From: Cenarchaeum sp. | GTDB lineage: Archaea; Thermoproteota; Nitrososphaeria; Nitrososphaerales; Nitrosopumilaceae | Reading direction: 5' to 3' | Length of the DNA stretch: 64,000 nt | Assembly (NCBI GenBank): GCA_963692915.1 | Contig: OY843584.1 | Location: 352,001 to 416,000 of the forward strand | Shown: piece after piece, positions 20,045 to 30,646 of the stretch | How the letters are laid out: each line of letters starts with the position of its first letter | Numbering within the stretch: position 1 is the stretch's first letter | Notes under the pieces: model-generated | The model's input: only the letters and a program-made list of their open reading frames with translations | Database searches by the model: none | Told to the model about the DNA's origin: nothing | Translations under genes and position numbers: made by a program

Positions 20045-21676
20045 TTAGGATTTTGCTGCGCGTCGGCGCTTTTGCTCTGCCCTCTTTTCTGCACCGAGCC
20101 GCTCAAGCCTATGGTCGCCCATGTCGGCAAACTTTACAATCCTGGACAGGACGGGATGTCTTGCGCGAATCTGTGCGAGCATTGACTGTGCTGCCCTGCG
20201 ATAGTCGCCGTGACCCTGCGGCGACGTGCGCAGCTCGATTAGGTGGCACGCTTCTCGCAGGTTTATGCGCATAAAATACTGGTAAATGTACGCAAAGTTC
20301 ACGACATACTGTGCGCGCGCCGCGCTCTGTCGGGCTATTCTCGCGTGCGTCTCCCTTGATAACTCCATGCATGCCCTGTACTCGTTGGCCATGCCAATGT
20401 CGGCTATCTCTGGCGGTGTGTCATACCCCATGCTAGTTCCCAGCAACTTTCTCTGCATTGTCATTATGCGGTGGCGGTGAAGGTCGCGAAACATGCCATA
20501 GTTGGTGGCCATCTCAAAAGAGTACTCGGCGAGCTCAAATGCCCTGGGCGGGCGGTGCCTCCGGTTGCGCCGCAGCGCGGTGACTGAGCCGATGATCCTG
20601 CTCCTGGCCGCCGCGCTTTGGCTTGATGCCTGCCTTGCAAGCTCTGCATGGGACAGCCACGAGTCCTCGTACTCGAGGCCGGCTATCACGCGGCTCAGCG
20701 CGCGTGCCTCGCCCTCGCACTCTGTGAGGCGCACGCCGGCTCGCGCACGAGGGGACGGCGGGACGGCGCGCCGCGCTCGACGCTTGAGCGATCTCAGGTA
20801 CTTTTGGTGCGCGATGCCGTGCCTGTCGCCAGAGCGCCTCACAAACGCGCCCATCGTCGGCTCGAGCTCTTGCCTTATTGCCTCGCCGACCTCGCGCTCC
20901 TCGCGAAGGCCTGATGCGAGGAGGACGGTTATGAGATACTCAAATGCCCTGCCGTTGCCTGATATGCCGACGTTTGTCAGCGTTGATGCGGGCAAGAGAC
21001 CGCGCAGCGCATCGAGTGCCTTTGCCCTAGTTGATCCGCGCCATGCGACCTGTGCGGACGCAATGTCTGTTTTGTCTGACAGCCTGCCAAACGAAACCTC
21101 GCGTCCTTTTGTGGAGTCTAGAAACGAGAACCCCTCAATCGGCGTGCGCTCGCGCACAAGTGCGAGCATTGGTTCTAGCGCGCGTGAATATGTCTCAAAT
21201 GCCATGTTGCACGACTCGACATACGCGTCAGCATTCCTCGAGCGCATGATGTCTGGCTCGCGGTAAAACATGTACTCACCGTTGGCCTTTTTGTCCCACG
21301 CGACATAGCGCGAGGACTTTTCTAGGTATGACAAGCCAATGCGGCGATCCTCGATAGTCTTTACCGCAATGTTTGAGACTCCCTCGACTCCAATCTGCGC
21401 GAACCCGAGCTCGGCAATCGAGTCATCGCCATACTCGCCTAGAACCCTCGAGTAAAACGCCTCTCCGCGCGCGGCGTTGTGCGCAAACTCGTCAAGAAAG
21501 ACGCGCCTCATGCCTTTGGCCGTCCGGCTATAGCGCGACATTAGCGCACCCCTGTCAACCTGGCGTGGCGTCGTTATCTCAAAGACGGAGCCCTCGGCAT
21601 TGCTAAAGTGACCCTCTAGGGCGCGCTGCTCGGCGCGCGTTAGGGCAGGCTTGCCGTGGCGCGGCGCACTAGCCAT
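20045..21676 (-). CDS. thyX: FAD-dependent thymidylate synthase (tandem-domain ThyX)
   Basis: [30 protein letters not shown]...GH..YR. Confidence 0.88.
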   Translation of the reverse strand: MASAPRHGKPALTRAEQRALEGHFSNAEGSVFEITTPRQVDRGALMSRYSRTAKGMRRVFLDEFAHNAARGEAFYSRVLGEYGDDSIAELGFAQIGVEGVSNIAVKTIEDRRIGLSYLEKSSRYVAWDKKANGEYMFYREPDIMRSRNADAYVESCNMAFETYSRALEPMLALVRERTPIEGFSFLDSTKGREVSFGRLSDKTDIASAQVAWRGSTRAKALDALRGLLPASTLTNVGISGNGRAFEYLITVLLASGLREEREVGEAIRQELEPTMGAFVRRSGDRHGIAHQKYLRSLKRRARRAVPPSPRARAGVRLTECEGEARALSRVIAGLEYEDSWLSHAELARQASSQSAAARSRIIGSVTALRRNRRHRPPRAFELAEYSFEMATNYGMFRDLHRHRIMTMQRKLLGTSMGYDTPPEIADIGMANEYRACMELSRETHARIARQSAARAQYVVNFAYIYQYFMRINLREACHLIELRTSPQGHGDYRRAAQSMLAQIRARHPVLSRIVKFADMGDHRLERLGAEKRAEQKRRRAAKS

Positions 21677-22013
21677 CCCCGTTCCTGGTTCCGATCTGTA
21701 TTAGGTCTGGCGCGTCCTGGTCCTTCATGCCCTTGGCCTGCCACCTCTGCAGGACGGCCTTGAAGGCCTCGGCGTCCTCCTCGCTCTCGGTGTACATTAT
21801 GGCCGTGACCCACCTTCCGGTGCCGGCCTTGCCTCCCACGGAGTTCATCCAAAAGTCGCCGGGGAGCATGTCCATAGCCTTGTTGTCCGGGTTCCTTGAC
21901 ATGTCTGTCCACCTCTTGGAGACGAACTGCATGACCTGGATCAGGCCATCCTTGCTCAGCATGGCAGGCGCCGATATGCCGTGGGATTTTAAAATTGCGC
22001 TCCATACGCCCAT
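21669..22013 (-). CDS. Hypothetical protein
   Basis: Clean ORF whose stop overlaps the thyX start; no recognised motif. Confidence 0.6.
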   Translation of the reverse strand: MGVWSAILKSHGISAPAMLSKDGLIQVMQFVSKRWTDMSRNPDNKAMDMLPGDFWMNSVGGKAGTGRWVTAIMYTESEEDAEAFKAVLQRWQAKGMKDQDAPDLIQIGTRNGDG

Positions 22014-22087
22014 GTCAACGCATTCTAACCCAAACTTTAACAAATTTTAACACGGGTGCGGTTATATCCACATATAGAGACGGGCGC

Positions 22088-22933
22088 ATGAACACACCCG
22101 ACGCATCGCTCGTTGGAAAGCGCGTCAAGGACATGCACGGCGCGCCCATCGGACACGTTGTGGGGACCATCACGGACATCGACGGGACGGTCCAGACGGT
22201 AGGCGTGGATCGCGGCTCTGGGGGCCTTGAACAGATTCCACACCACCAGCTGGTCGTGCAGCCCGACGTGGTCATCTACATCCCGATGTGGCGACTCGAC
22301 TCACAGAGGTTGCTGCGTGAAAAAGAGCTTGCGCTTAGGCGCATAAAGGCTCTCATGTCAATCGTTCGCGAGAACGACGACATGAAGGAGGATGCCGAGC
22401 TCATACACGACAAGTACAAGGCAAAGCTCGCATCACTTGACGAACTGCAAGAGCAAATCAGGGCAAAACTCGAGTTTCGGCTTGCCGAGCTCGATACGCA
22501 GCTAAAGAGCGTCAAAACGCTGATATTCGACGCAAAGGTACAGAACAAGAGCGGAGAGATAACCGACGACGCATTCGAGTCGGTAAAGAACCACACAAGC
22601 CGCCTAGTCGAGCAGATCACCAGGGAGCACGGCGAGATCACCAGCGTGCAGAGGAGAATCACGGACCTCAGCATAAAGGTGCAGGAAGCCATGGACCCAG
22701 AGGTGACGCTGCAGGACTCGGCGACATCGTACCTTGGGGGCGAACCGACGGCCGCAGAAAAGCTGCCCGAGGCGCCCACTCACAATCCACAACCGGCAGA
22801 TTCGGGAGAACTGCAACCCACACCCACACCAATGCCTGCCGCAATGCGGCAGGCCGCAGACCAGGGTCCGGCCAACAGTGGAGAGAGCGTGACGCCACAA
22901 TCTAGCTGGTTAGCGCGGATGGAGTCCCAGTGA
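22088..22933 (+). CDS. cdvA: Cell division protein CdvA
   Basis: N-terminal PRC-barrel-like region (GKRVKDMHG...G.VVG), long coiled coil, Pro-rich tail. Confidence 0.85.
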   Translation: MNTPDASLVGKRVKDMHGAPIGHVVGTITDIDGTVQTVGVDRGSGGLEQIPHHQLVVQPDVVIYIPMWRLDSQRLLREKELALRRIKALMSIVRENDDMKEDAELIHDKYKAKLASLDELQEQIRAKLEFRLAELDTQLKSVKTLIFDAKVQNKSGEITDDAFESVKNHTSRLVEQITREHGEITSVQRRITDLSIKVQEAMDPEVTLQDSATSYLGGEPTAAEKLPEAPTHNPQPADSGELQPTPTPMPAAMRQAADQGPANSGESVTPQSSWLARMESQ

Positions 22934-23013
22934 CTGGGACTCTGTCCACTTTTTCTCGCGTTCAATAGCAACCTTCAAAAACCCTCTTGCGGGCGCGTCG
23001 CGTCGATGCGGCC

Positions 23014-23250
23014 TTGAATAACGGCTTTGTGATCGCGATCGTCTTTCTCGCCGTGGGCATAGGGCTCACGGCCTGGGTCACGGCGTACAAGGACTCTGTG
23101 CTGCGCCCCCTCGCCGAGGACCAGCTCGTCCTCATGCAGGCCATGGACTGCGAGGAGCTCGTCACGTATGCGGCAACAGGCTACTTTTGGTCTGCTGAAA
23201 ACGGCAAGTGGATTAGGGAGCGCACCGACGCGTGCAAGGCCGGCATCTAG
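23014..23250 (+). CDS. Small membrane-anchored hypothetical protein
   Basis: N-terminal TM helix and two Cys; TTG start. Confidence 0.65.
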   Translation: MNNGFVIAIVFLAVGIGLTAWVTAYKDSVLRPLAEDQLVLMQAMDCEELVTYAATGYFWSAENGKWIRERTDACKAGI

Positions 23251-23444
23251 GGCACGGGGGGAGCAGTCGTGCAGGGCGCATCCACGGGCTCCCGGATCGC
23301 AGCTGATCCCGCCACGCGCCCCCTGGTGACGAATCTGGCTAGACGTTATTGTGCTGTGGGGCCATGCTGGTGGGCGTGATGACGCGAACAGGGTTCAAGA
23401 ACACGTTTGCCCCCGCTGTGGCAAGTGACACCCTTGACGTGTCC

Positions 23445-24023
23445 ATGATCATCGTGGGTCTCCGCTATGGAACCATAAAGGAAGATAGCCTGCCTCCTGA
23501 GGTTCACGATGCCGTTGCAGCCGAGCTTGACAGGCGCATGCGCGAGTCGATCTCCCCGTCTAGGGCACTGTTGCTCGTGCTAGGAACCATGGGCGACGTG
23601 AGGGGTTCTGCCCGATTGCAGAAATACATGTTTCTTGTGGACATGAGCATGTATTCACACAAGACAAGGGGGCTGTACAATATGTATGGGTGGAAATCCC
23701 ACCGCTATGGGCCATACAGTACTGGGCTTGAACGGTACGTTGGCACGGCTGTTAATAACGGCCTCGTTGAAACGTTTCAGATTCCTGCCCCGGACGGAAA
23801 AACCGGAACGGGGTATCGCCTTACGGACACTGGGATGGCCGAGTTTCAGAGGCTCCTGGCATCTTTTAGTAGTGATTCAGATCGCATAAAGTCACTGCTT
23901 GAGAAGTTTGCGCATGACGTACAGGTTGATCCACTTGTCAGGCACGTCCATTCACATTATCCGGAATTTACCGACAAGAGCATGACGCACACTCGTGCCA
24001 CATGTGCTGATTTTGCGGTCTGA
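23445..24023 (+). CDS. YwgA/Panacea(SocA, DUF4065)-like protein
   Basis: RLQKYMFL...W....YGPYS...YRLTD.G...HYPEF motif pattern; start uncertain (ORF open from 23349). Confidence 0.7.
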   Translation: MIIVGLRYGTIKEDSLPPEVHDAVAAELDRRMRESISPSRALLLVLGTMGDVRGSARLQKYMFLVDMSMYSHKTRGLYNMYGWKSHRYGPYSTGLERYVGTAVNNGLVETFQIPAPDGKTGTGYRLTDTGMAEFQRLLASFSSDSDRIKSLLEKFAHDVQVDPLVRHVHSHYPEFTDKSMTHTRATCADFAV

Positions 24024-24372
24024 CCCGAACACAACTATGACTGCCGATGACGCCATAGTCATGTGCGAGCATGCTGTTTCCATGGGACATGTCTAGTTTA
24101 TTTGACGGTGGAACTTTGGGGGTCGAATGCACAAAGAGCCGTCACTTGCGCTTAATCACGGCGTGGGCGAATCCACGATCAGAGATAACCTCGGGAAATA
24201 TGGGCAAGAGGGGGACTGCGCCACACATGTATATGCCGACACGATGTGCCTTGAGGATTGTGGGCCTGCGCGCAATTGACCCTGCTCGCTGACGTGCGCC
24301 GCTGTCCATGCATGACCGCATGGTCGGCGACACCTTCAGAAATATTAGGCCCCGCGGCACGCTGCGCCCCGG

Positions 24373-24930
24373 ATGCTCCCGCGACTCGACTCTATACGCC
24401 CCGCGCGCCTCAAGCTCCGAATCACGCAAAAAAAGCTCGCCTCGATCGTCGGCGTGAGCACGTCGATGATAAACCAGATAGAGTCATCACGCTGCTCGCC
24501 GAGCTACGAGACGGCGCGCCGCATATTCGAGGCTCTCGCCTCCCTAGAGGCCAGCAAGTCAGCCCACAGGGCCGGCGAGCTCTGCAACCACGTCATTGTA
24601 AAGATGCGCCCGGATAACACGATGCATGCGGCGATCACGAAAATGCGCCAGCACTCGATAAGCCAGATACCCGTCTTTGAGGGCAAGGTTCCAGTCGGCG
24701 TAATCACCGAGGACGGCATAATGCGCCACATTGCCGACTCGGAGAAGCTCAATCTCCGCAGCGCGCTTGTGCGCGAGGCGATGGACGCGCCGCCGCCAAT
24801 CGTGGATCACGAGACGCCGGCCCACGCGCTAGCGCCGCTCATACGCCTGACAAAGTGCATACTCGTCTCGCGCAGGTCATCGATCATTGGGATCATGACG
24901 GCCTCAGACACGCTAAAGATCGTCGAGTAG
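24373..24930 (+). CDS. XRE-HTH + CBS-pair transcriptional regulator
   Basis: ITQKKLA..VGVS.S.I.QIE...PSY; CBS ISQIPV...VGVITE. Confidence 0.9.
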   Translation: MLPRLDSIRPARLKLRITQKKLASIVGVSTSMINQIESSRCSPSYETARRIFEALASLEASKSAHRAGELCNHVIVKMRPDNTMHAAITKMRQHSISQIPVFEGKVPVGVITEDGIMRHIADSEKLNLRSALVREAMDAPPPIVDHETPAHALAPLIRLTKCILVSRRSSIIGIMTASDTLKIVE

Positions 24931-24982
24931 GGCGCAAGCGCATGTAAATCTACATAAGGTGGCCATAGTGCGCAGATGTCCA

Positions 24983-27484
24983 TTGGGACCTTTACCGCTC
25001 CACTATGACCTGCGCTTTGAGCCTGACTTGCGCGCACGCCGGTTCTCGGGGCGCGCCCTGATAGACGTCAGCGTGCGAACGCCGACGTCGAGGATATCGA
25101 TGAACGCCGCCGAGCTCGACGTGCGGCGATGCCGCGTGATGCGCGCGGACGCCGAGATCCCGTCGAGCCACTCCCTTGATGCGGCATCCGAGGAGCTCAC
25201 GATCAAGACGTCATCGCGCGTCTCGGGCAGCGTGCGCATAGAGGTTGACTTTGAGGGGACGCTCAATGACAGGCTACTCGGGTTTTACTCTAGCACGCAC
25301 ATGGTCGGCAGGCGCAAGGCGCGCATGGCGACAACGCAGTTTGAGGCAGCTGATGCACGGCGCGCCTTTCCGTGCTGGGACGAGCCGGCGGCCAAGGCGA
25401 CATTTGACGTGACGATCGTCGCGCCGCGCGGCATGACGGCCATATCGAACATGCCCGAAGCCTCGCACAAGACAGTGCGCGGCAAGGTCGAGCACGTCTT
25501 TGGGCGCACGCCGCCAATGTCGACGTACCTCCTCTACCTGGGCGTCGGCGAGCTCGAGTCCATATCTGCGAGCGTGCAGGGAGTAAAGATAAGCGTCTAT
25601 GCGACGCGCGGAAACGCAAAACGCGGAAGGTTTGCGCTAAATCTCGCAAAGCGCCTCCTAGTCGAGTATGGGCGATACTTTGGCACAAAGTACCCGCTCC
25701 CAAAGCTCGACCTCATCGCAGTGCCGGACTTTGCGGCAGGTGCCATGGAGAACTGGGGCGCAATAACGTTCCGCGAGGCACTCCTCCTCCATGACGAGAG
25801 GACATCCTCGACGCGCACTGCGCAGCTAATCGCCGAGGTCGTCTCGCATGAGATCGCACACCAGTGGTTTGGCAACCTCGTCACGATGAAGTGGTGGAAC
25901 GACCTGTGGCTCAACGAGTCCTTTGCGACATTCATGGCCACAAAGTTCGTCGACATGATACGGCCAGAGTGGGCAATGTGGGACCAGTTCGCCGAGGACA
26001 CCGTCTCCAACGCGCTTCGCCTCGACTCGCTGAAATCAACGCACGCAATAGACGTGCGCGTCCGGAGTCCTGCCGAGATCCGCGAGATATTTGACGCGAT
26101 ATCGTATGACAAGGGCGGCTCGATACTCCAGATGGTCGAGCGTATCGTCGGCGAGCCGGCGTTCCGGCGCGGACTGCGCGCGTACCTGCGCAAGTTCGCC
26201 TATGCCAACGCCGAGGGGGCCGACCTGTGGCGCGAGATAGGGCGCGCCGCCGGCCAGAGCCTCGAGCCGCTCGTCAGGTCGTGGATCGGCCAGCCGGGAT
26301 ACCCGCTCCTCACAGTCTCGCGCAGCCGCCGCGGCGCGCGCGTATCCCAGGAGAGGTTTCTCCTTGCGCCCCGGCGCCGGCGCACTGCGCAGTCATGGCG
26401 CGTGCCCGTCTCGATAAGGGGTAAGCGCGGCTCACCACAGGTTCTCACTGGCCGCTCGGCAGCGCTGCGCGGCCTCGGCGAGGCTGCCGTCATCAACCCG
26501 TCACGCACGGCCTTTGCGCGCGTGAGGTACGGGAGGGCCGACCTTGATGCGCTTCGCCGGACCGCCCTTGGGGGCAGCATGGAGGGCGATGACGCGTGGA
26601 TGGTTCAGGGGGATCTCCTTGCGCTATGCAGGGCAGGAATGGCCGACGTGGGCGACTATATCGAGTTCGCCGATGCGTGCTCGGGATACACGGGACACCT
26701 CGTGTCTGCCGGCATTGCGCGCAACCTGCGATTCCTGCACCGCATCTCCATTGGCGCGCCATTTGAGTGGCGCCTGCGCGAGCGCTCACTGGAGCACCAC
26801 TCGCGAATGCATGCCCGCCTCGGCTGGACGCCGGCGCGCAGCGAGGGCCATGTCGACTCGATGCTGCGCGGCGAGGTCATTGGCGCACTGGGCATCTCGC
26901 TGCGGGCAGGAAAAATAGTCAGGGAGGCACAGGACGCCTTTGTGCGCCTTGCGTCGGGCCGTGGCCGCATTGACGCAAACCTGCGCGAGCCGGTCTGCTC
27001 GATCGCCGTGTCTGCCGGCGGCAGGCGCGCATACTCCAGGGTTCGCTCAATGTACGACTCGGCCGGCACGCAGGAAGAGAAGGTCAGGCTCCTCTCGGCA
27101 ATGTGCGCAACTCCGGACGTGGCGCTCCTGCGCAGGACGCTGGATCTCTCGCAGACCCCGCGCGTGCGCTCACAAAACATGCACGTGCCAGTCATGCGCA
27201 TAGCAGCAAATCCGGCCGGCGCCCCGCTCGTCTGGCCGTGGATGAAAAAGAACTGGGCGCGCATATCGAGGAGGGCAGGACAGGGCAACCCGCTGCTGGC
27301 CAGGATGATCTCGGCTGTTGCGATCGCCTCGCCTGACACGGGTGTGGCCTCTGAGCTCGAGGCCTTTTTTGCGAGGCACAAGTCGCCTGGAACCGAGCGC
27401 ACGGTGAGGCAGGCCGCCGAGACCATGCGCATAAACGCGCGCCTGCGCGAGCGGATGGGGCAAGACCTTGGCGCGCTTGACTAG
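24983..27484 (+). CDS. M1 family aminopeptidase
   Basis: TQFEA.DARRAFPCWDEP, GAMENWG, HEIAHQW...LNE. Confidence 0.95.
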   Translation: MGPLPLHYDLRFEPDLRARRFSGRALIDVSVRTPTSRISMNAAELDVRRCRVMRADAEIPSSHSLDAASEELTIKTSSRVSGSVRIEVDFEGTLNDRLLGFYSSTHMVGRRKARMATTQFEAADARRAFPCWDEPAAKATFDVTIVAPRGMTAISNMPEASHKTVRGKVEHVFGRTPPMSTYLLYLGVGELESISASVQGVKISVYATRGNAKRGRFALNLAKRLLVEYGRYFGTKYPLPKLDLIAVPDFAAGAMENWGAITFREALLLHDERTSSTRTAQLIAEVVSHEIAHQWFGNLVTMKWWNDLWLNESFATFMATKFVDMIRPEWAMWDQFAEDTVSNALRLDSLKSTHAIDVRVRSPAEIREIFDAISYDKGGSILQMVERIVGEPAFRRGLRAYLRKFAYANAEGADLWREIGRAAGQSLEPLVRSWIGQPGYPLLTVSRSRRGARVSQERFLLAPRRRRTAQSWRVPVSIRGKRGSPQVLTGRSAALRGLGEAAVINPSRTAFARVRYGRADLDALRRTALGGSMEGDDAWMVQGDLLALCRAGMADVGDYIEFADACSGYTGHLVSAGIARNLRFLHRISIGAPFEWRLRERSLEHHSRMHARLGWTPARSEGHVDSMLRGEVIGALGISLRAGKIVREAQDAFVRLASGRGRIDANLREPVCSIAVSAGGRRAYSRVRSMYDSAGTQEEKVRLLSAMCATPDVALLRRTLDLSQTPRVRSQNMHVPVMRIAANPAGAPLVWPWMKKNWARISRRAGQGNPLLARMISAVAIASPDTGVASELEAFFARHKSPGTERTVRQAAETMRINARLRERMGQDLGALD

Positions 27485-27872
27485 CGTTGCGGCAGTCGTA
27501 GCCGCAGTGGCCGTGGCCGTTGCGGCATACGCGCTGCTGTCTGGCTCACCAGACCACTCCTCGACGATATATGCGGATGCGACATGGTATCCGGACGAGG
27601 GCAATGTCGTCATCACGTATGACGACTCTGCGCGCGCGACGTCGAGCGTGACACTCGAGGTTCTCGGGCTTGCGAGCACGTTTCAAAAGGTTCGCGAGTC
27701 CTCGTCCTTTGTCGAGCGCGTCGCCTTTGGTGGCGTGCCGGCCAACGGGTGGCGTGCGCACCCCGTGACGTTTGCCGTCTCGCACGGTGAGCTAGGCGAG
27801 ATCGGAATAAAGGTGGAGGTGCACGGCCATGACGAGCCGCCCCCGCGCGTCGTGTACAGTGCTGCGCGATAG
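27468..27872 (+). CDS. Membrane-anchored hypothetical protein
   Basis: N-terminal TM plus beta-rich domain; overlaps the peptidase stop. Confidence 0.7.
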   Translation: MARLTSVAAVVAAVAVAVAAYALLSGSPDHSSTIYADATWYPDEGNVVITYDDSARATSSVTLEVLGLASTFQKVRESSSFVERVAFGGVPANGWRAHPVTFAVSHGELGEIGIKVEVHGHDEPPPRVVYSAAR

Positions 27873-28055
27873 GGGGTGGGATGTTTGATGGCCGACACGT
27901 TTCTCGTTGGCACGGTGATACTTGACAACTGGTGCCGCACATGGCGCACAATAGCCTGAGGCAGCACGCGCCATTGCCCTTGCCCCGCCATGGCTGTGCC
28001 TATTGCAGGGACGCATAGCTACGCTTTTTATCGTCATACCGCAGCACCTCGACCG

Positions 28056-28979
28056 TTGATAGAGCTAGCCGACATCAGGAGGCGTCGCCGGGGTGCCGTC
28101 GCGCGCGCCCTCACGCTAGTCGAGAATGAGCCGCGCCGCGCGCGCCCGATGCTCAAGCGCATGTTCCCCCACTGTGGCGAGTCGACTATAGTCGGCGTGA
28201 CCGGACCGGCAGGCGCCGGCAAGAGCACGCTCATCGGCCACACGACAGCACGCCTCGCCTCACTCGGAATGCGGCCGGCGGTCCTTGCAATAGACCCCAC
28301 GAGCCATGTCACGGGCGGGGCGATAATGGGCGACAGGGCACGCATGGCCGACCTCGATGGCTCAAAGGTCTATGTCCGCAGCATGGCCTCGCGCGGCTCG
28401 CGCGGCGCGCTCTCGGCCTCGGTGCGCGACTGTATCCGCGTTCTAGAGTACGCGCGATACGACCCCATCATCGTCGAGAGCGTTGGCGCAGGCCAGACCG
28501 AGGTCGACATTGCGACAATATCGGACATCACCATAGTTGTCTTTAGCCCGCAGACAGGGGACAGCATCCAGGCGATAAAGGCCGGACTGACCGAGATTGG
28601 CGACATTTACGTCATCAACAAGGCCGACCTTGACGGTGCCTCGCAGCTTCTCGAGTCAGTCAGGGAGTTCGTCGGGGTTCGCACGGACGGCAGCGAGCGC
28701 GCGGTCCTAAAGGTCTCCTCCCGGAGACCATCGACTACTGCGGACCTCGCGCGGCGGATTCGTGACCTCGCGCGCGCGCGCCGGCGCGGGCGCAAGGCGC
28801 GCTATGCGGAGCGCCTCGAGTCCGAGATGCGGAACATCGTTTTAAATAGCGTCAGCGAGCGCGCCGAATCTGCAATGTCAGCAGACAATGCAAAGTACGC
28901 GCGATGCGTCAGCGCACTTCGTGCCGGTCGCATTGACCCGCACGCCGCAGCGCAGAGGATACTGGGGGCTCTCTCCTAG
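28056..28979 (+). CDS. meaB: Methylmalonyl-CoA mutase-associated GTPase MeaB
   Basis: GVTGPAGAGKST, AIDPTS..TGGAI.GDR.RM, ESVGAGQ.E, NKAD. Confidence 0.93.
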   Translation: MIELADIRRRRRGAVARALTLVENEPRRARPMLKRMFPHCGESTIVGVTGPAGAGKSTLIGHTTARLASLGMRPAVLAIDPTSHVTGGAIMGDRARMADLDGSKVYVRSMASRGSRGALSASVRDCIRVLEYARYDPIIVESVGAGQTEVDIATISDITIVVFSPQTGDSIQAIKAGLTEIGDIYVINKADLDGASQLLESVREFVGVRTDGSERAVLKVSSRRPSTTADLARRIRDLARARRRGRKARYAERLESEMRNIVLNSVSERAESAMSADNAKYARCVSALRAGRIDPHAAAQRILGALS

Positions 28980-30644
28980 ATGGCCTCAGGCGTATCCCCG
29001 CGCAGGGCAGCAGGCAAAAAGGCCGCAGGCAAAAAGGCGCCGACAAAAAAGGCCGCTGCAAAAAAGATCGTGACTGACTCGGGCATACCGGTCCGTCCGC
29101 TCTACACGTCCGGACCGCGACGCACAGGCCGTGACGCTCCGGGCAAGTACCCCTATACGCGCGGAATACACCCCGGCATGTACGCTCAGAGGCTCTGGAC
29201 GATGCGCCAGTACTCGGGGTTTGGCGATGCCGCGCAGACTAATGCCAGGTTTCGCTATATGCTTGATAACGGCCAGACCGGCCTGAGCATGGCCTTTGAC
29301 CTTCCCACGCAGATGGGCCACGATCCCGACTCGGAGAGCGCCGAGGGCGAGGTCGGCAAGGTCGGCGTCTCGATAGCCTCCATAGACGACATGATGCGCG
29401 CATTTGAAAAGATCCCGCTTGGCAGGGTCAGCACGTCGATGACGATAAACGCGACGGCCTCGACGCTCCTTGCGTACTATGTGGCGCTTGGCGAGTCGCA
29501 GGGAGTCACCGGTGCCGAGCTGCGCGGAACGACGCAGAACGACATACTAAAGGAGTACATTGCGCGAAACACGTACATCTATCCACCTGCACCGTCGATG
29601 AGGCTAGTCGGCGACATGATAGAGTACTGCGCAAAGAGCGTCCCGCAATGGTATCCCGTGTCGATCTCGGGGTATCACATGCGCGAGGCCGGCTCTACGG
29701 CAATCCAGGAGGTCGCCTTTACCATTGCCAATGCGATCGCATACATTGAGGCATGCATTGGGCGCGGCCTAAAGATCGACGACTTTGCCCCGCGCCTGTC
29801 GTTCTTTTTCTGCTGCACGATGGAGTTCTTTGAGGAGATTGCCAAGTTCCGCGTCGCGCGCAAGGTCTATGCCAAGATACTAAAGGAGAGGTTTGGGGCA
29901 AAAAACCCACGCTCACTCCAGCTGCGCTTTCACACGCAGACTAGCGGCGAGTCACTCACAGCACAGCAACCTGACAACAACATTGCGCGAGTCGCCATAC
30001 AGACGATGGCCGCAGTCCTTGGGGGAACGCAGTCACTCCACACAAACTCGCGCGATGAGGCCCTTGCCCTCCCGACCAAGGAATCTGCAAAGATTGCGCT
30101 TCGCACGCAGCAGATAGTCGCGCACGAGAGTGGCGTGACCAAGACAGTGGATCCGATGGCCGGCTCGCACTATCTCGAGTCGCTCTGCGACGAGATGGAG
30201 GCTGCGGTCTGGAAGTACCTCGGCAAGATCGAAAAGATGGGAGGTTCTATTAGGGCAATAGAGCGCGGGTTCTTCCAGTCGGAGATACGCCAGAACGCGT
30301 ACAGGCTAAAGGGCGAGATCGACGCCGAGGGCGATGGTGCGCGCGTCATCGTCGGCATGAACCGCTTTGCTGACACGGAGGCGGCCCCTGCGCGCCCCGA
30401 GCTCCTGAGGGTTGACGAGTCCGTTGGCCGCGCGCAGTCGCGCGCGATAGCGGCGCTTCGCAAGAGGCGCGACTCCTCGCGTGCGGCCGCGTCGCTCTCT
30501 GCGCTCCAGCGTGCCGCCGAGGATGACTCGGTCAACATGATGCCGGCGATCCTCGAGGCAGTCAGGGCACACTCGACGACTGGCGAGATAAGCGGCGCGC
30601 TGCGCGAGGTCTTTGGCGAATACTCGCCATCGGGGGTGTTCTAG
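28980..30644 (+). CDS. mcmA: Methylmalonyl-CoA mutase, large (substrate-binding) subunit
   Basis: WTMRQYSGFG, GTTQNDILKEY, ISGYHMREAG, TQSLHTN. Confidence 0.96.
   Translation: MASGVSPRRAAGKKAAGKKAPTKKAAAKKIVTDSGIPVRPLYTSGPRRTGRDAPGKYPYTRGIHPGMYAQRLWTMRQYSGFGDAAQTNARFRYMLDNGQTGLSMAFDLPTQMGHDPDSESAEGEVGKVGVSIASIDDMMRAFEKIPLGRVSTSMTINATASTLLAYYVALGESQGVTGAELRGTTQNDILKEYIARNTYIYPPAPSMRLVGDMIEYCAKSVPQWYPVSISGYHMREAGSTAIQEVAFTIANAIAYIEACIGRGLKIDDFAPRLSFFFCCTMEFFEEIAKFRVARKVYAKILKERFGAKNPRSLQLRFHTQTSGESLTAQQPDNNIARVAIQTMAAVLGGTQSLHTNSRDEALALPTKESAKIALRTQQIVAHESGVTKTVDPMAGSHYLESLCDEMEAAVWKYLGKIEKMGGSIRAIERGFFQSEIRQNAYRLKGEIDAEGDGARVIVGMNRFADTEAAPARPELLRVDESVGRAQSRAIAALRKRRDSSRAAASLSALQRAAEDDSVNMMPAILEAVRAHSTTGEISGALREVFGEYSPSGVF
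29010..29066 (+). repeat. Imperfect 15-bp tandem repeat (x4) encoding AGKKA/PTKKA/AAKK
   Basis: gcaggcaaaaaggcc gcaggcaaaaaggcg ccgacaaaaaaggcc gctgcaaaaaag. Confidence 0.8.
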
Positions 30645-30646
30645 GC

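Noticed and set aside
20045-21676. Double-length ThyX
   Set aside because: Tandem-domain ThyX is a known form
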